From Phallusia mammillata (taxonomy: Eukaryota): DNA of 64,000 nucleotides. This document shows positions 26,313-39,100 of the stretch, piece by piece. Position 1 is the first letter of the stretch. Each line of letters opens with the position of its first letter. The translations under genes were made by a program, and so were the position numbers. The notes under the pieces were generated by a model. The model searched no databases, had not been told where the DNA came from, and worked only from the letters and a program-made list of their open reading frames with translations. Where the stretch lies: positions 25,358,001 to 25,422,000 of the forward strand of contig OZ281496.1 in assembly GCA_965637545.1 (NCBI GenBank), in the 5' to 3' direction.

Positions 26313-29300
26313 GATTTGTCAATGCCCTCAGACGGATTTTTGACAATTACTAATTAATAACTGCAATTAAACACTCCTACTTTAATTTTCTATTAGAGCT
26401 TACGGGTTGTCTGTTTCCTGCGAAGCAAAACCCTGTTTAAGCACTAGTTAAGAGTCGTCCGAGACAAAGTCACAACTTTGGCCACAAAAGTGACCATCCC
26501 GTATTGGGAATAACCCAGATCAAATTTCGTTGTGGTGATTTTCTCTAAAATCTCGCACAGGCCAAAGAGAGCTATAATCCGATAAAAAATTCGTAATCCG
26601 TCATCGCGGAATTTGGTTGTTTTCAATGTCCAGCGCATTTAATTAGCTTCTGACCTGCTGGACTCGCGTGCTTATGGTAATCGTACAACAGGTTTACCCA
26701 CAATATGATTTTCGCCTCAACTCCCGTGTAAATAGTTTATGTTTGACAGAATGATTTTCATTGATAGCAGTCACGATTAATGACTTCAGCTCCTTAAATA
26801 TGTAATAATTGGGAACTCACGATCATTCGCTGTACTGCCTTCGGCTTTAAAGTTCGGTGTCAGGATTGTCCTTGCGTCAGAGTACTGAAATACACCTTAA
26901 ATTTACAGGCTCATGAAAGCCATAACTCAGCAATTATAAAATTCCCTTGATATTTTTCTTGTCGTTCACCGAAAATTTGCTTGTTTTTTACAATGTTTGT
27001 GGCTGCGTTTGAAAGTTGTTACAATGCCACAAAGAGTTATATGCTATAGAATTGGTGCCTGAATTACATTACAACACAAAACATTCCTAATTGCAGCCTG
27101 AAAAGAGCGTTACGTAACTCTAATTCTAATCTTTTCTATGAATCTTAAATTGGTCCCTGTAATTTTATCCTTTGAAACACCAATTTTGTGTTTCTTATCT
27201 AAAAATACCACATTTTCTTGATGCAACGAAACAACACATGATTTGCCTACCTGTAAAGTGGCCATTAGTTTATAATCGTGTGGCCCACTTTATTAAATAT
27301 ACTTCATGCATTTATGTTGTGTACATTCACTCCTTTATTCAGACCCCTCAATCTTTGTTACAAACATTTACTACTTTACAAATTGTAGCCTAGATTCGCA
27401 TTTGTTCATACAACAAAAACGTCACATGCCTTTGTCATGCTACAGAACAGATAACATTGATGGTCGTGCGGGCCGCTTTATATAACCTATCCTTAGCATT
27501 TATCTTATATGTGATGTCTTCTCTATTTAAATACATAACTAAGACTTTCTGTGGAAAAGCACAATTGTTCTGCAGTGTAAAGCAGCCTTTAGCCGACATA
27601 GCCCCTGAATTCAAATGTTTAACTGCGAAATGACCCTCAATGCAAATGTGTTACCCCCTGTTGTTTATAAGTAGTCGTACCAAGAATAAACGTGATCCAG
27701 CGAACACTGGGCCCCTCGCCATATACTGCAATGCACAACCAATCGCCCTCTACATTCAATTAAATGCCATTCCTTGCGTGGTATATTCCCCACGACTGAT
27801 AACATACGTGGTACATTTGCCGTATCTCACTGTACTTTATTTAAATACCATTCCGGGTATGGTATATTGTTTACGTCTTGCAGCATATCCCGTCGTGATC
27901 GCACCTGTGAAAGCATTTCAGGTGTTTGCCTTAGCCAAATGCCCTGTTATTTTGCGTGTACCGCTATATCATCACATTTTGTGCATATTGGCTTTTATAG
28001 GATCCTGTAAACACGTCTTTGATATACACTGACCTTAATATAACTTCACCTGAATGCACCGACTGTAAAAATGTGCCGCAGAAATTTATGAAGCTACCAA
28101 CTGAAACTTGATACCGCCTAAATATCAGCATGTTGACGGATGCGTTGATTAGGTTCTGCAATGCGAGCAACTTATCTTAATGTAACGAACTTTTATTATT
28201 GTGCCATATCAATCACTATAACCCGCCATTTACATACCGTACATTGTTAACAGTATTTTTGTTTAATGCCAAAGCGTACTATCAGCGCAGTGGTAAAAAT
28301 AGCATATATTTTTTTCAAAACCGTTTTTTTGTGTATTTTTATCACTATGTACTATCAATTACACTTTTCGCATTTTTACGTACGAAGCTCAACAAGTTAT
28401 TCAAGCCATTTGTAATACTTTTACATGATTGCAACAATTTCAATCCTAAACCCTTTTAATCACCACTAGATAACAACTCTGCATGATGTTACCTATGGCG
28501 TCTGCCAATATCTGCCCATAACTTACGCAGGAATCTAAGCCGATGCCCAGAGCATAGTTCCGCCCACTTATTAATCTCCTATCATCTGACTGTAATTGCA
28601 ATCACGCTGCTCGATGGCCCTGGAATCATTAAACTGTTCTGGTCGGGTCAGGCGTTGATGACGTCCGCTATGGCCTGGCTGCAAGCGTTTTTTATACCGG
28701 ATAAAGGAAAACGTTTTTATATCGTATTCGTCCAGTTTGTGGAAAAGATTTTTATGTAAGATTTCCTACGGCAAGGTAGCATTTAGTGCTTGATCCTAAA
28801 ATGTTTAATTTCCTTTGCGATTTTTGGATAATTTACGTTTACATACCTCGCGAATTTTTTGCAAAAATTGCACGACAAATGTATAGTAATCAATAAAACC
28901 CTGGTTTGAATGCAAATTGCAAACGAGATCGTATGCGAACAATCCTATATCTTAAGACGGTCTGATTGCCTCAAACTGAAATCAGGGTTTTACCCTAGGC
29001 ATATAGGACACACTTAAGAAAGATTAATAAAATGCGTATTTTGCACAATATGTTTCTTCTGCATATGCATTTAAATGTTATGACTCAACTCACGTTGTTA
29101 CGCGGACACATAAACGCTTTCCAAATCACCACAACTGCTTTTGCGGTAAACCAGCGAACTCCAAACAAGCTATCGTAGCATTTTTTCATGCCCGTTATTG
29201 TCCCGTGGATATTTTTCTGTACCTCGGCTCCCACACGCAGAACGAGACATGACAATTACCACTCGGCCTCGTAGATTGCCACTGTTAACTGCGATTTACG

Positions 29301-29775
29301 TAGAATCTGCTTTAATTGAGCCGCGTTACTTGACCGTGTATCGTTTCTCGCCTTCGCATTTCAATTGCCTGCCAAAAGCCTACAGTAACTGCATTCAAGT
29401 ATTGTTGATTTTACTTAAGGCTTACAACTTTTGATGACGCCATCCACTTACATCAAGCCTTCAAGTTAATGGTGCAAAAATTCTTTGCAATCCAAGCTAC
29501 TTCTAATTCTTAACTATTTTGGGTTATTGCTAAATGTTTATTCCTGGTTAGTGATACTGAACCTTAACCGATTCTCCGAAGTCCAACGCTATTCTGTAAC
29601 ACAGCAGTGGTTTCCACTTTTGTTTACCCATTACCCACGCAGTTCCATAAAATCCCATTGCCTTTAATGGGTTGACATATAAATCGCATTTGTTTCCATA
29701 TAAGTTAACTTTGTTTCAAAAGTTTCAAATGAACGTACGCTACAAGTTGTGAATCACTGCTCTGACCCTTTACAT

Positions 29776-30078
29776 CAGGGGTGGGCAACCTGCGGCCCTT
29801 CATTAAAGGTTGTGCGGCCCGCAGAGATGCTTGGATTTCAAAAGTACTGATGGTAAACGAGTCCTATTATTACATATTTTGAGCTGATTAATGCGCCTGA
29901 TGCTAGTTTTCTGCGATCTGGCAAAATGTGGCTAGAATCAAATACGAATTATACTTGTAGTTAAGCACATTTGGTAAGAAACAAGGCAAAATCACTTTGT
30001 GTTATGCACATGTGCGGCCCGCGATCCAATTTTGACATTTATAATTGGCCCTACAGTAACAAAGGTTGCCCACCCCTG
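29776..30078. mobile_element. Non-autonomous hAT element (MITE)
   Basis: TIRs CAGGGGTGGGCAACCT / AGGTTGCCCACCCCTG; perfect TSD CTTTACAT; subterminal GCGGCCC motifs. Confidence 0.93.
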
Positions 30079-30737
30079 CTTTACATCAATACGAGCACTT
30101 TAACTTTGCCCAGATTATGCTTTGCTATATGGTAAGGTAACAATGATATCAAACTGCTCTCCAACATATGCTTGCTTTAACACCAGATTGTCTTGCCTTA
30201 AAGTGATTTTTTTCGTCTATGTCTAACACTGGCCATCGAACCATTGCGTGCCAAGCTATATATGGCGTTGGTTATCACGTGATAAGAAAATGAGGCATTT
30301 AGTTGAATGCTGGTTAAGTTATTCTCTACTAACTCAAACATATTTGCATTGACCATGTTGTTGTTACGCTATTGCTCATCATGTAGGTTCTACAGTTGCC
30401 CATGATGGTGTTATGACATAATCGTGACTTTACTAATATCACGCCTTGCAGAAAGTCTGTGATCTTTTCATCTATGTGAATGGTTTTGATAGTTAGTCTC
30501 CGTGCAGTGATATGGAAACGTAGGTTGCAGTACACAGAAATAAAACTTAGCGCTAATTTTAGACGAATATCATTGGAAATGTGTAATTTTGTCGCACGAG
30601 GTGCAAAAGCCACGTCTGCTCTGCTTTTTTCAGCATTTAGCAATGCTATGTACACTGTACAAAACACCTGATGTGGCATGTACAAATTGATGAAAAAACA
30701 CAAAAAATACAACACTGAGTCATTGTCCAATCGCCTT

Positions 30738-33700
30738 TTACTGCAAGAAGTTTGCACCAGAGCCTGCTCCGCTGCTCGCTCTTGTGGTCGTGCCTTCAGG
30801 TCCGTTTTTATCGATGGTTGCCGCTGAACCAATAATAGCAACTACCGTGGTTGCTGTAGGAATAGTTTCTTCTTGTTCACGAGGTCTTACAGTCGCTGCG
30901 CACTTCCGTTCATCGTCAACGCACATTGCGTATTTTCCTGTTCCACAGCACTGTGGTCTCCCCGCGTAGCAATATCCCAAGCCACAGCGTTGCTTGTACA
31001 CACAAGAACGTGGACCAACTGAACAGTACGGTTCTCCACCTTTTCGACAACAATGAGGCTTTGTTCGGCTGCAAGTCTCCGAACCACAAGATAGATTCGG
31101 ACATTGACTCTGCTTCGCCACGCAAAAAGCCAAGCCGCGGTAGCTACAGCAGTAAGGTCTCAGCAAAGAACAGAATCGGCTTCCGCATACATTCGCTCGA
31201 CGCGAGAGGCAACTGCGCACGCTTACTGCGCAGTAGGGTTGATTGGTTTGTGTGCAGCACACTGGCCGTATTGCTGAGCAGGTTATTTGACCACACGGAG
31301 CGACTTCTGCAAATGAAATAAGATTGTAAAGCTACATTAATTCCACTTTTCTGACACACTTATGGATCTGATTGGATTAATGAATCGTACACGTGTTGTC
31401 ACTTTTTGTCCTTTTCGATGTTGTCAGTTTTTGACCGATCATCATTAAGGCAACTATTTCTGCGACTTCTAATCATTATTACTAGAGAACGTATCTGAAC
31501 TCGAAACTTTATGCCCCACTTTACATTCCCAAAGTATTTGCTTTACAAAGCTATGTCTAATGTACCAAGTCATCTAACTTTCTTGATATATAACGCTTAC
31601 CGGGATCCCGCCGTACAGTGCTGATCCTCACAGTCGGTCTGCTCGGTGGCGCTCTCTTACGGACATTACAGGTGAACTCGCTTCGCGTGCAGTGTGCGCC
31701 ACCTACCGGACAGCAGTACGGCCTCAAGCTGTCGCAATATCTCGTCCCACAAATTTCCCTGCCAACGCACGTGCGCGAACTGAACGTGCAATAGTCGTTG
31801 TTTCCGCGGGAACAACAGAACGGCTTTACCACATTGCATCGCTCTGCGCCGCATGTGTTTTTAGGTTTGCAGAACTCTTTACTTTGTGTGCAGTAGGCGG
31901 CTCCTTCTGTACCGCAGCAATAGGGATTGGAAGATGGGCATCTGACACGACTGCACAGCGTACGGGTTACGCAACTTCTCGGGCTTACGACACAGAAGGA
32001 TCGCGCTTTCGTTTTACAGCAGTAACGCTTGATGCCACGGCACTGCTGACGACCGCATCTTGTATCTAAACAAACACAAAATACAATGTAACGCCACGTT
32101 ACAAAGGGTTAACACGTCAATGGCTGCATTGCAATGGGGTCATGAGATAAATACATTGTATGCATGCAAAGGAATGTAGGTTACTGCAAGATCTTGTCAA
32201 ACGGTGATTGCGATGCGACGTACAGCATCGCAACAGGGACATTGCGTAAACAAAAATAAACAAGACTTTGCAATCTTTCGGCCATTTGTACTACAGCTTA
32301 GAATTGTTTGTCGTATTGAACCGTTTATAAAACCGTTGGTATTTTTCTGAAGTGATGGAGTTTTCATAACAAACTTAGTCTCAAACTTGTCCACCGTTTT
32401 TTTAGTTGTTTAGTTGTAACTTGTTTGTCACGGTTGCAAAAACTGATTTGGTGATTTAAACTTGTTTTCGTCGATATGTACCCGTTATTGGGCATGTAAC
32501 GTGTTGGTAGCTTTTCTCCTTCGTTTTTGTTTTGAACGACTGTTTTCCTTTTTAGTTTAATCCGTAAACTGTGCCGGGGTAAAACTTTTTTTTTCGGCTT
32601 TAGGTGTGCTATTGGTGGATATTTCCATTATTTAACTTTAAATAAAGCGTTTCGGAAATTTACGACGTTTGATGGAACGGGTGGAGTTAGTAAAGTAAAG
32701 TAATAGTTAAATGCCTACAATGAGATTTTGGATGCTTGAATCAAATCACAGTCACCGTCTGGAAATCGCAATGTTTTGTTGAATGTAAATGATTTGTATC
32801 TTATATTTCGTGTAATACGGTCGATATGTTTGTTGGGTGAGCGTTATAGGTTGATGCCAAACTGACTTTCTACATACTTTATCCGAACAAACGAACATTA
32901 TATACAACAAGCTTCCCTATACCTACACCCTTCATGTCTTGCACCTAACGATGTTCGTTATATGCAGAAGATCTTAATCTTTTCCGAGATGTTTGCTATG
33001 ATAACCTACAGAACAGCAACGCCGTAAGCAACCTAACCCTGCAACCAGTGTTATTTCAAGTTGTTGTTACCAAGTAATTGACCTTTAAGCTAGGGAAGTT
33101 TGGTTTTATAACTTGTGGTATTTCAAGATCACAACCCATTTGGTTTTGGTTTTATAACTTTTGGTTTTGATTTTATAACTTGTGGTATTTCAAGATCACA
33201 ACCCATTTGGTTTTGGTTTTATAACTTTTGGTTTTGATTTTATAACTTGTGGTATTTCAAGATCACAACCCATTTGGTTTTGGTTTTATAACTTTTGGTT
33301 TTGATTTTATAACTTGTGGTATTTCAAGATCACAACCCATTTGGTTTTGGTTTTATAACTTTTGGTTTTGATTTTATAACTTGTGGTATTTCAAGATCAC
33401 AACCCATTTGGTTTTGGTTTTATAACTTTTGGTTTTGATTTTATAACTTGTGGTATTTCAAGATCACAACCCATTTGGTTTTGGTTTTATAACTTTTGGT
33501 TTTGATTTTATAACTTGTGGTATTTCAAGATCACAACCCATTTGGTTTTGGTTTTATAACTTTTGGTTTTGGTTTTATAACTTGTGGTATTTCATGATCA
33601 CAACCCATTTTGTTATGATTTTTTAACGACCGCATTTTCTCAGCCGAGTAGGGTTAATTCTAACACAACGTCCAACTTTGCCTTTAGATGCATTTTTGTT

Positions 33701-36103
33701 CTTTTTTAACTTTTTAGGTATATAGTTTTTATAACACGTTTCGTCGAAATTGTTTTCATTTTCTTCCAAAATTTTTGGACATATATTTGCCGCCTTAACC
33801 CCCAAAAATGTTGTTCGTTATCGCAACCAGGCTCTTGGAATGTTTCTCTTTTAAACGCATTTTGATCTTATAACCAAGTAGGGAAATCTTTAGGGCGAAG
33901 TTTTGATTGTTTTGTGACATTTTACTAAAAGTTTTAATCCTTAGCAAGTAAAACACTTCATACCAAAAAATAAAGTTTTTTAAAATACGTTTTACCCTTT
34001 GTGTGGCATAGTGCAAAATTTTCCATTTTTTGGAAAATACCTTGGCTTTTATCACTGTCTTGAAAACCCGATTCAAGGAAAACTATGATTATCCCAAAAG
34101 CACAACAAACAGCTTAGCATTTTTTCAACGTCGAACAATACACTTCATGAGCAATACTCAGGATGAACGAGCGTTGAATAAGCGATTTGCAGCCCACAAA
34201 CATGTTGAAATATTACACAGAACCGTGTGCTTCAGTTAAAGTACACTGCCTGGGGTGGTTAGATATCTTTTTGCTTATTTGTGATAGCTGCGCGATAGCA
34301 GGGAATCTCCTGCGTGCATTGGAATCGCTTTTTCGTCATTGTTAAGGCTTAAGCCACCTTTAGTGTAAATGAAACCACAGTTGCAAGGTCAGCATTCGTT
34401 TTACTGTTAACGTGACACCAGTTTTGTCGTGTTATCGTGGTCGATGTGCCTGTTGTAGCGAACCTGTACGCAATCCGATACTGCATCAACAAATATCATG
34501 AGAACTTTGACCCCAGCTAAGCGATTACGACCAAATTCCGATTGTCTGTGGTTCTCAAACTGTTTTTTTTAAGTTTTACGCCACAGAATGTATCTCCTAT
34601 GTTCTGTTTTATCCCTAGTGCTTCCATATCATAAGTTAAATCGAACATAGACTATAAAATAAACACCATTGCAAGCAATACATTTTTTTGGTGAAACCAT
34701 GTTTTGAAGTTGCAGTCCACGACAAAATTGATTTACCGGCCTTTATTTGAATCACAGATCCCGGTTAATTAATTTAGCGTTTTGTTTTTTATTTTGGTAA
34801 CATTTTGTTTCCACACAGTTTATCTATGCAATATTTTTTATAAAGTTGTTTGTGCAACGGTAACAATAGCACCCTTAGGACGGGAAACAAAAATCTTACT
34901 TCAATCTATTTGCCTAGATGACTAAGGTGGCCCTTTTAGGTGTGTTGCTTGATTCACTATACAATTACCGTTTCCTTAAGGCCTAGGGCAAACTTGCATC
35001 CGGTAATCTTATTTACTTGCATTTGCTACCCAAGGGTTAAGGCCTATCTGTTTGTGCATCAAAGGTGTTTGACGTTTTAGCGTGAAACGTCGATTTTACA
35101 GTTTTCAGACAAACATCGTATGTGTGACGTGTTTTCGCGGCCTGCTGGTTTGTTGTTCATGACGTCACGTTTTAAAGATTGTTTATCGAGTCGACAAGGG
35201 TCGAACTTTGTCTTAAATTGTCACCCAAATGTCAATGTGAGGCAAGAGGTTCAATGGTGTTTTTGTCGAAATTTGTCATTGAGAAACGGTGGATTATAAC
35301 AAATATAAGATTATTTCAAATTTTGACACCAAAACAGTATATCTCTGGTGAAAAATAAATATGATTTTGTAGAACCAAATTTTCATTTAATATTGTTTTG
35401 CTGTGAATAACCATTGGGACAATATATTTTTTTGTAATTTAAATTTGATTCTTATTTTTGATGCTGTTGCGTGTAAAAGTTTCTTGTTTTTTTAACGTCA
35501 GCGTATAAAACATTTAGTTTTTTCATATTATGGCCTCGCAAAAAGAAATAACTGGTATCCTCCGTCAAGGATATAAATTATATCCTTTTATATCATATAA
35601 TGTTCCTTTATATTACAAAACACTGTTAAAATATGTTAATTCGCCAATTTACATTTCAGCGTGCAGCATGATGATTGTGGTTTGTGTAAAGTTGTTTTTG
35701 CTAGGTGTGTTATCCACATAATGTTTGTGGTTGCAAGAAATCGCATTATAATGACACATCATTATTAAACTACATATTTCCCTTCAACGTTGTTTATCGT
35801 AGAAAATTCCCCAATTTAAATTTTCTGTAATTTGAAACCAACTTGGTAACTAGATACCGTTTGTCGGCAAAACCAATTTCAATTGTCAGTTTTAACATTT
35901 TGCCTTTTATATGACCCCAGCATCGTGCAAGGAAAATCGTGCCTATAAGGCTAACGAATATGGGACCTATATGACCGAATGGTTGCGTCGTATTGCTTTC
36001 CCATAACATGGCTTTATGTAAAATGACAGTTTGTTTATGTGAGTCACTTACTTGCAAATGTCACTGCCACCACTGCGAAGATGATCGCTAAAGACCGCAG
36101 CAT
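30738..36103 (-). CDS. Secreted Arg/Lys-rich protein (~361 aa) with 8 six-cysteine repeats; paralogue of the 21980-26312 gene
   Basis: Exons 36052-36103 (MLRSLAIIFAVVAVTFA, GTAAGT donor, phase 1), 31601-32065 (4 repeats + basic linker, GTAAGC donor, phase 1) and 30738-31306 (4 repeats + short Thr/Ala/Gly tail, ending NFLQ*). Frame closes exactly (1086 nt). No TM segment seen. Confidence 0.85.
33100..33611. repeat. Minisatellite, 67-bp unit, about 7.6 near-identical copies, in intron 1 of the secreted Cys-repeat gene
   Basis: ACTTGTGGTATTTCAAGATCACAACCCATTTGGTTTTGGTTTTATAACTTTTGGTTTTGATTTTATA recurs at 33111, 33178, 33245, 33312, 33379, 33446, 33513 and 33580. Confidence 0.97.
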
Positions 36104-39100
36104 TATGTAGTGAATTGGACAGATTTTTTTACCTTAATTCTAAACTCACTGCCTAAAAAGTAGAGAAGTAATAGTATACATGAAACATAAACCAAGTTAA
36201 ACCAAATATGTGAAACAAATTGTTAATTTCCTGAATTTACACAAGGCGAATATCCACACTTTCTTTGTATTTTTGCAGAATATAACTTTTGTTTTGATTT
36301 TTTTCTTTCCAAAGGAACATAATACATTTCAAACCTGTACCGATGTATAGCCTGCACCCATTTCCTATTCTATTCAGCTCAAAGCAAACAATTACAATAC
36401 CTAACCGTTACTTGAACTGCCTTACTTCAACCAACCCAACAATACCAAGTCTTAACCGGCGTAGCGCATTTAACTGGTAATCTTTTTTCCTATGATGGCT
36501 CAAATCTGCGCTATTCCAGATTAAAATGATTCATTCTTCCATGTATCACGTCTCACCCTTCTGAAAGGTCGATGCGATTTGAAATGCCACCTGCACTGGT
36601 TTTGCTCCGCGTTTGCCAAAGGCACTGTCGTTTTTCTCGCTTTTGCTGGACCGAGGGTAGCAACCCTGGCTGTTTTTAACCGATTTTTCGGTGAATGTCA
36701 GTCTAAATATAAACTAAGCATTGCAGCGCGTAACGCAGTTTTTAAACTTTGTTGGCAATGGCCTTAATTGCTGCATGACGATGTTTATGCAAAACTTCAA
36801 AGCGCTAATAGATCGTTAGTGAACTTTTATAACCGCGCAGCTATGTAAATGGCCTTGCAATTTAACGCTTGTTCCAAATACTAGTTTGTCAGTTTGAAGC
36901 CAGTTTCTAACAAGGTTTGAAGCCATTTCTAACAAGTTAAAAAAAACGGGGTGATTTTACTGCACAAATTATTAATCAAAGCGTTTCTGATTGGCCGAAA
37001 TTTGTTCTTACGATTTTCGCTGTGTTCTCATATGGCCTATTTTATTACAAAAACTACTTACTGCTTTTAACCCATGTTCAAACTGTCATTCAGCTTTAAA
37101 CTTGATCCTGTTGCGTAATACACCCAAGTTTAAAAGCTGAAATGATAGCAAGTTATAAACTTTCCTTAAAAAGCTAGACCACAATATGACCTTCTTCTTG
37201 TCCGCACTAATTTTTCCCTAATCTGGGTCACATCTTTATGCTTTATTCGTGCTGGCCAGGTTATACAATGTCCATCATGCCAAACCGAATTCTCACGTGA
37301 CATAAAAACGAGATACAGGCCACGCAGGCATTTCCAGATCGATTTTACACTGATACTTCACACGTTAGTTCCGAGAATTGAGTTTGCAGTTCAAAGAGCA
37401 ACATTGCAACCCAAATTCGCCTTTCCCTAAGCCAAAAACAAGTTAATGTCGAAACCACGCCTACATACGTTTTGTACTTTTGCGGTCTGGAAAAGCATTT
37501 TGTAAACTTTGTTGAAAAATATGGGTTATGCATTAGCTTTTTCAATTGAGTAAGAATTGAGAGAAACTGGCTTTGATGTTTCTTTAGATGGTGTTGTAAA
37601 ACCATTCAAACCACAAGAAATGTGTCGTAACCCTCAGGCATATAAACTTTCTTTCACTCTTGGAGGTTAGTTCTTGTTTAAAACGGCAACCACCTACTCA
37701 GTGAGATTGTGTGAATGCGTAACCACAGCACGTGTGCCATATACTTATTGAACCTTCTTTGAGATACAATTACAACAAACGTGATCGAGCACTAGGCTCA
37801 ATACTGAGAAAAGTGGTTTTATTATAAAGCTAAAATTTGAAAAGCGTTTTTTTAGGGGGTGCTGTGTTTGTCTGACCCATAGGTTCTCAAACTTTTTCAA
37901 AAGTTTTTCTCGATAAGCGTGCACCTCTTTCGACGATTTGCTATCTAGGCTTATGTTACGCTCTTAACAGTTTATACGCTATTAGTGGAATTCATTGCAA
38001 ATATGAACTAGTATATACCAACGTGTTTCTACATTTAAGCGCAAATTTAAAGTCAACAAGCTACAAAGATTGTTGGGCGCTGGTTAAAATTCCAAGTATG
38101 CATAATAACGACGTTTCGCGACTTTTCCATATTTGTAATCGCAAACTAATTTTCCCCGTTTGACATTCGTTATATTTCGTCGCTGGCAATTAATAGGATT
38201 TGCATTGTAAACTTCGAGGCGTGTCTTATTTACCCATGACCAGTTTGCATATCGGGTAACGTTTTTGGACAGCAATATCTATAAAACATGCAACCATGAC
38301 GCATACAGGGCTCATAAAAACATGTATGATCAATCGCTTGACTTTTCGTGTAAGCTATTGCTTTGCCACAACCAACCAACATCTTAGTTTTCTCATGCAT
38401 TATGAAATATTTACCGTTGCAATCAAAGCCCTTTTTAAGTCCGTGTATAGTGTCCCTCAGTATAGCATTTTGGAGGCATTTAATCTTTGTTATTTCTTAA
38501 ACATGGTTATATTCAATAAGATATTGCTGCCAGGCATAATGTATAAACGGGTATTGCTCTTTCACCTAATAAAAACTGCTTGAAGAGCAATATTCGTTTA
38601 TGATTATATTACCTTAAATTGTGCAGTTTTTGGTAAACCGTATAAACCGCAAGTTAAACGAAGCTTTTAACAAAGTAAAGCAACTGCGAATATGTCAAAC
38701 AAGCATGTCGTTATTTTTGTCAAAATTTGACCCCGTTTGCTTCATTTTTCTAAGTCGAGGAAATTGCTTAAGGTTCTAACGATGTTTGGTGATGCACTGC
38801 TTCCTTCCTCATTCATCTTCGCTTCGCAAATGTCAATTACTAATTGCATAGAGAGGTGACGAAGCCTCTTAACACGTGTAGCCCTAATTTGGAAATCCGA
38901 ACGCTGTGAAAACGCGATAATAGTTGTTGGACATCGGCAGATTATCGGTTGGATAGCAGCATACATACCGCTTAGACGTTTGCAGTTGTTCAAAAGACCA
39001 ATTTACTTATAATACCGGTTTCTTGGGCATATTTACGTAAGATCAAAGTCACTACGTTAGTTGTAGTTGAAAAACGTTTTCAAGCGTTCCACCATTGGCT

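Noticed and set aside
27640-28032. 130-aa ORF with an ~80-bp degenerate internal duplication between the two Cys-repeat genes
   Set aside because: Tested as a decayed third paralogue: only a CDHDGICCKT fragment on the minus strand, no Cys periodicity, and stops in the minus-strand frames.
32185-32394. Alternative first exon for the secreted Cys-repeat gene
   Set aside because: ATG frame and donor phase do not give a good signal peptide; 36052-36103 has a canonical signal peptide and a GTAAGT phase-1 donor.
33100-33611. CRISPR-like array
   Set aside because: Units are identical head to tail with no unique spacers, there are no cas genes, and the context is eukaryotic.
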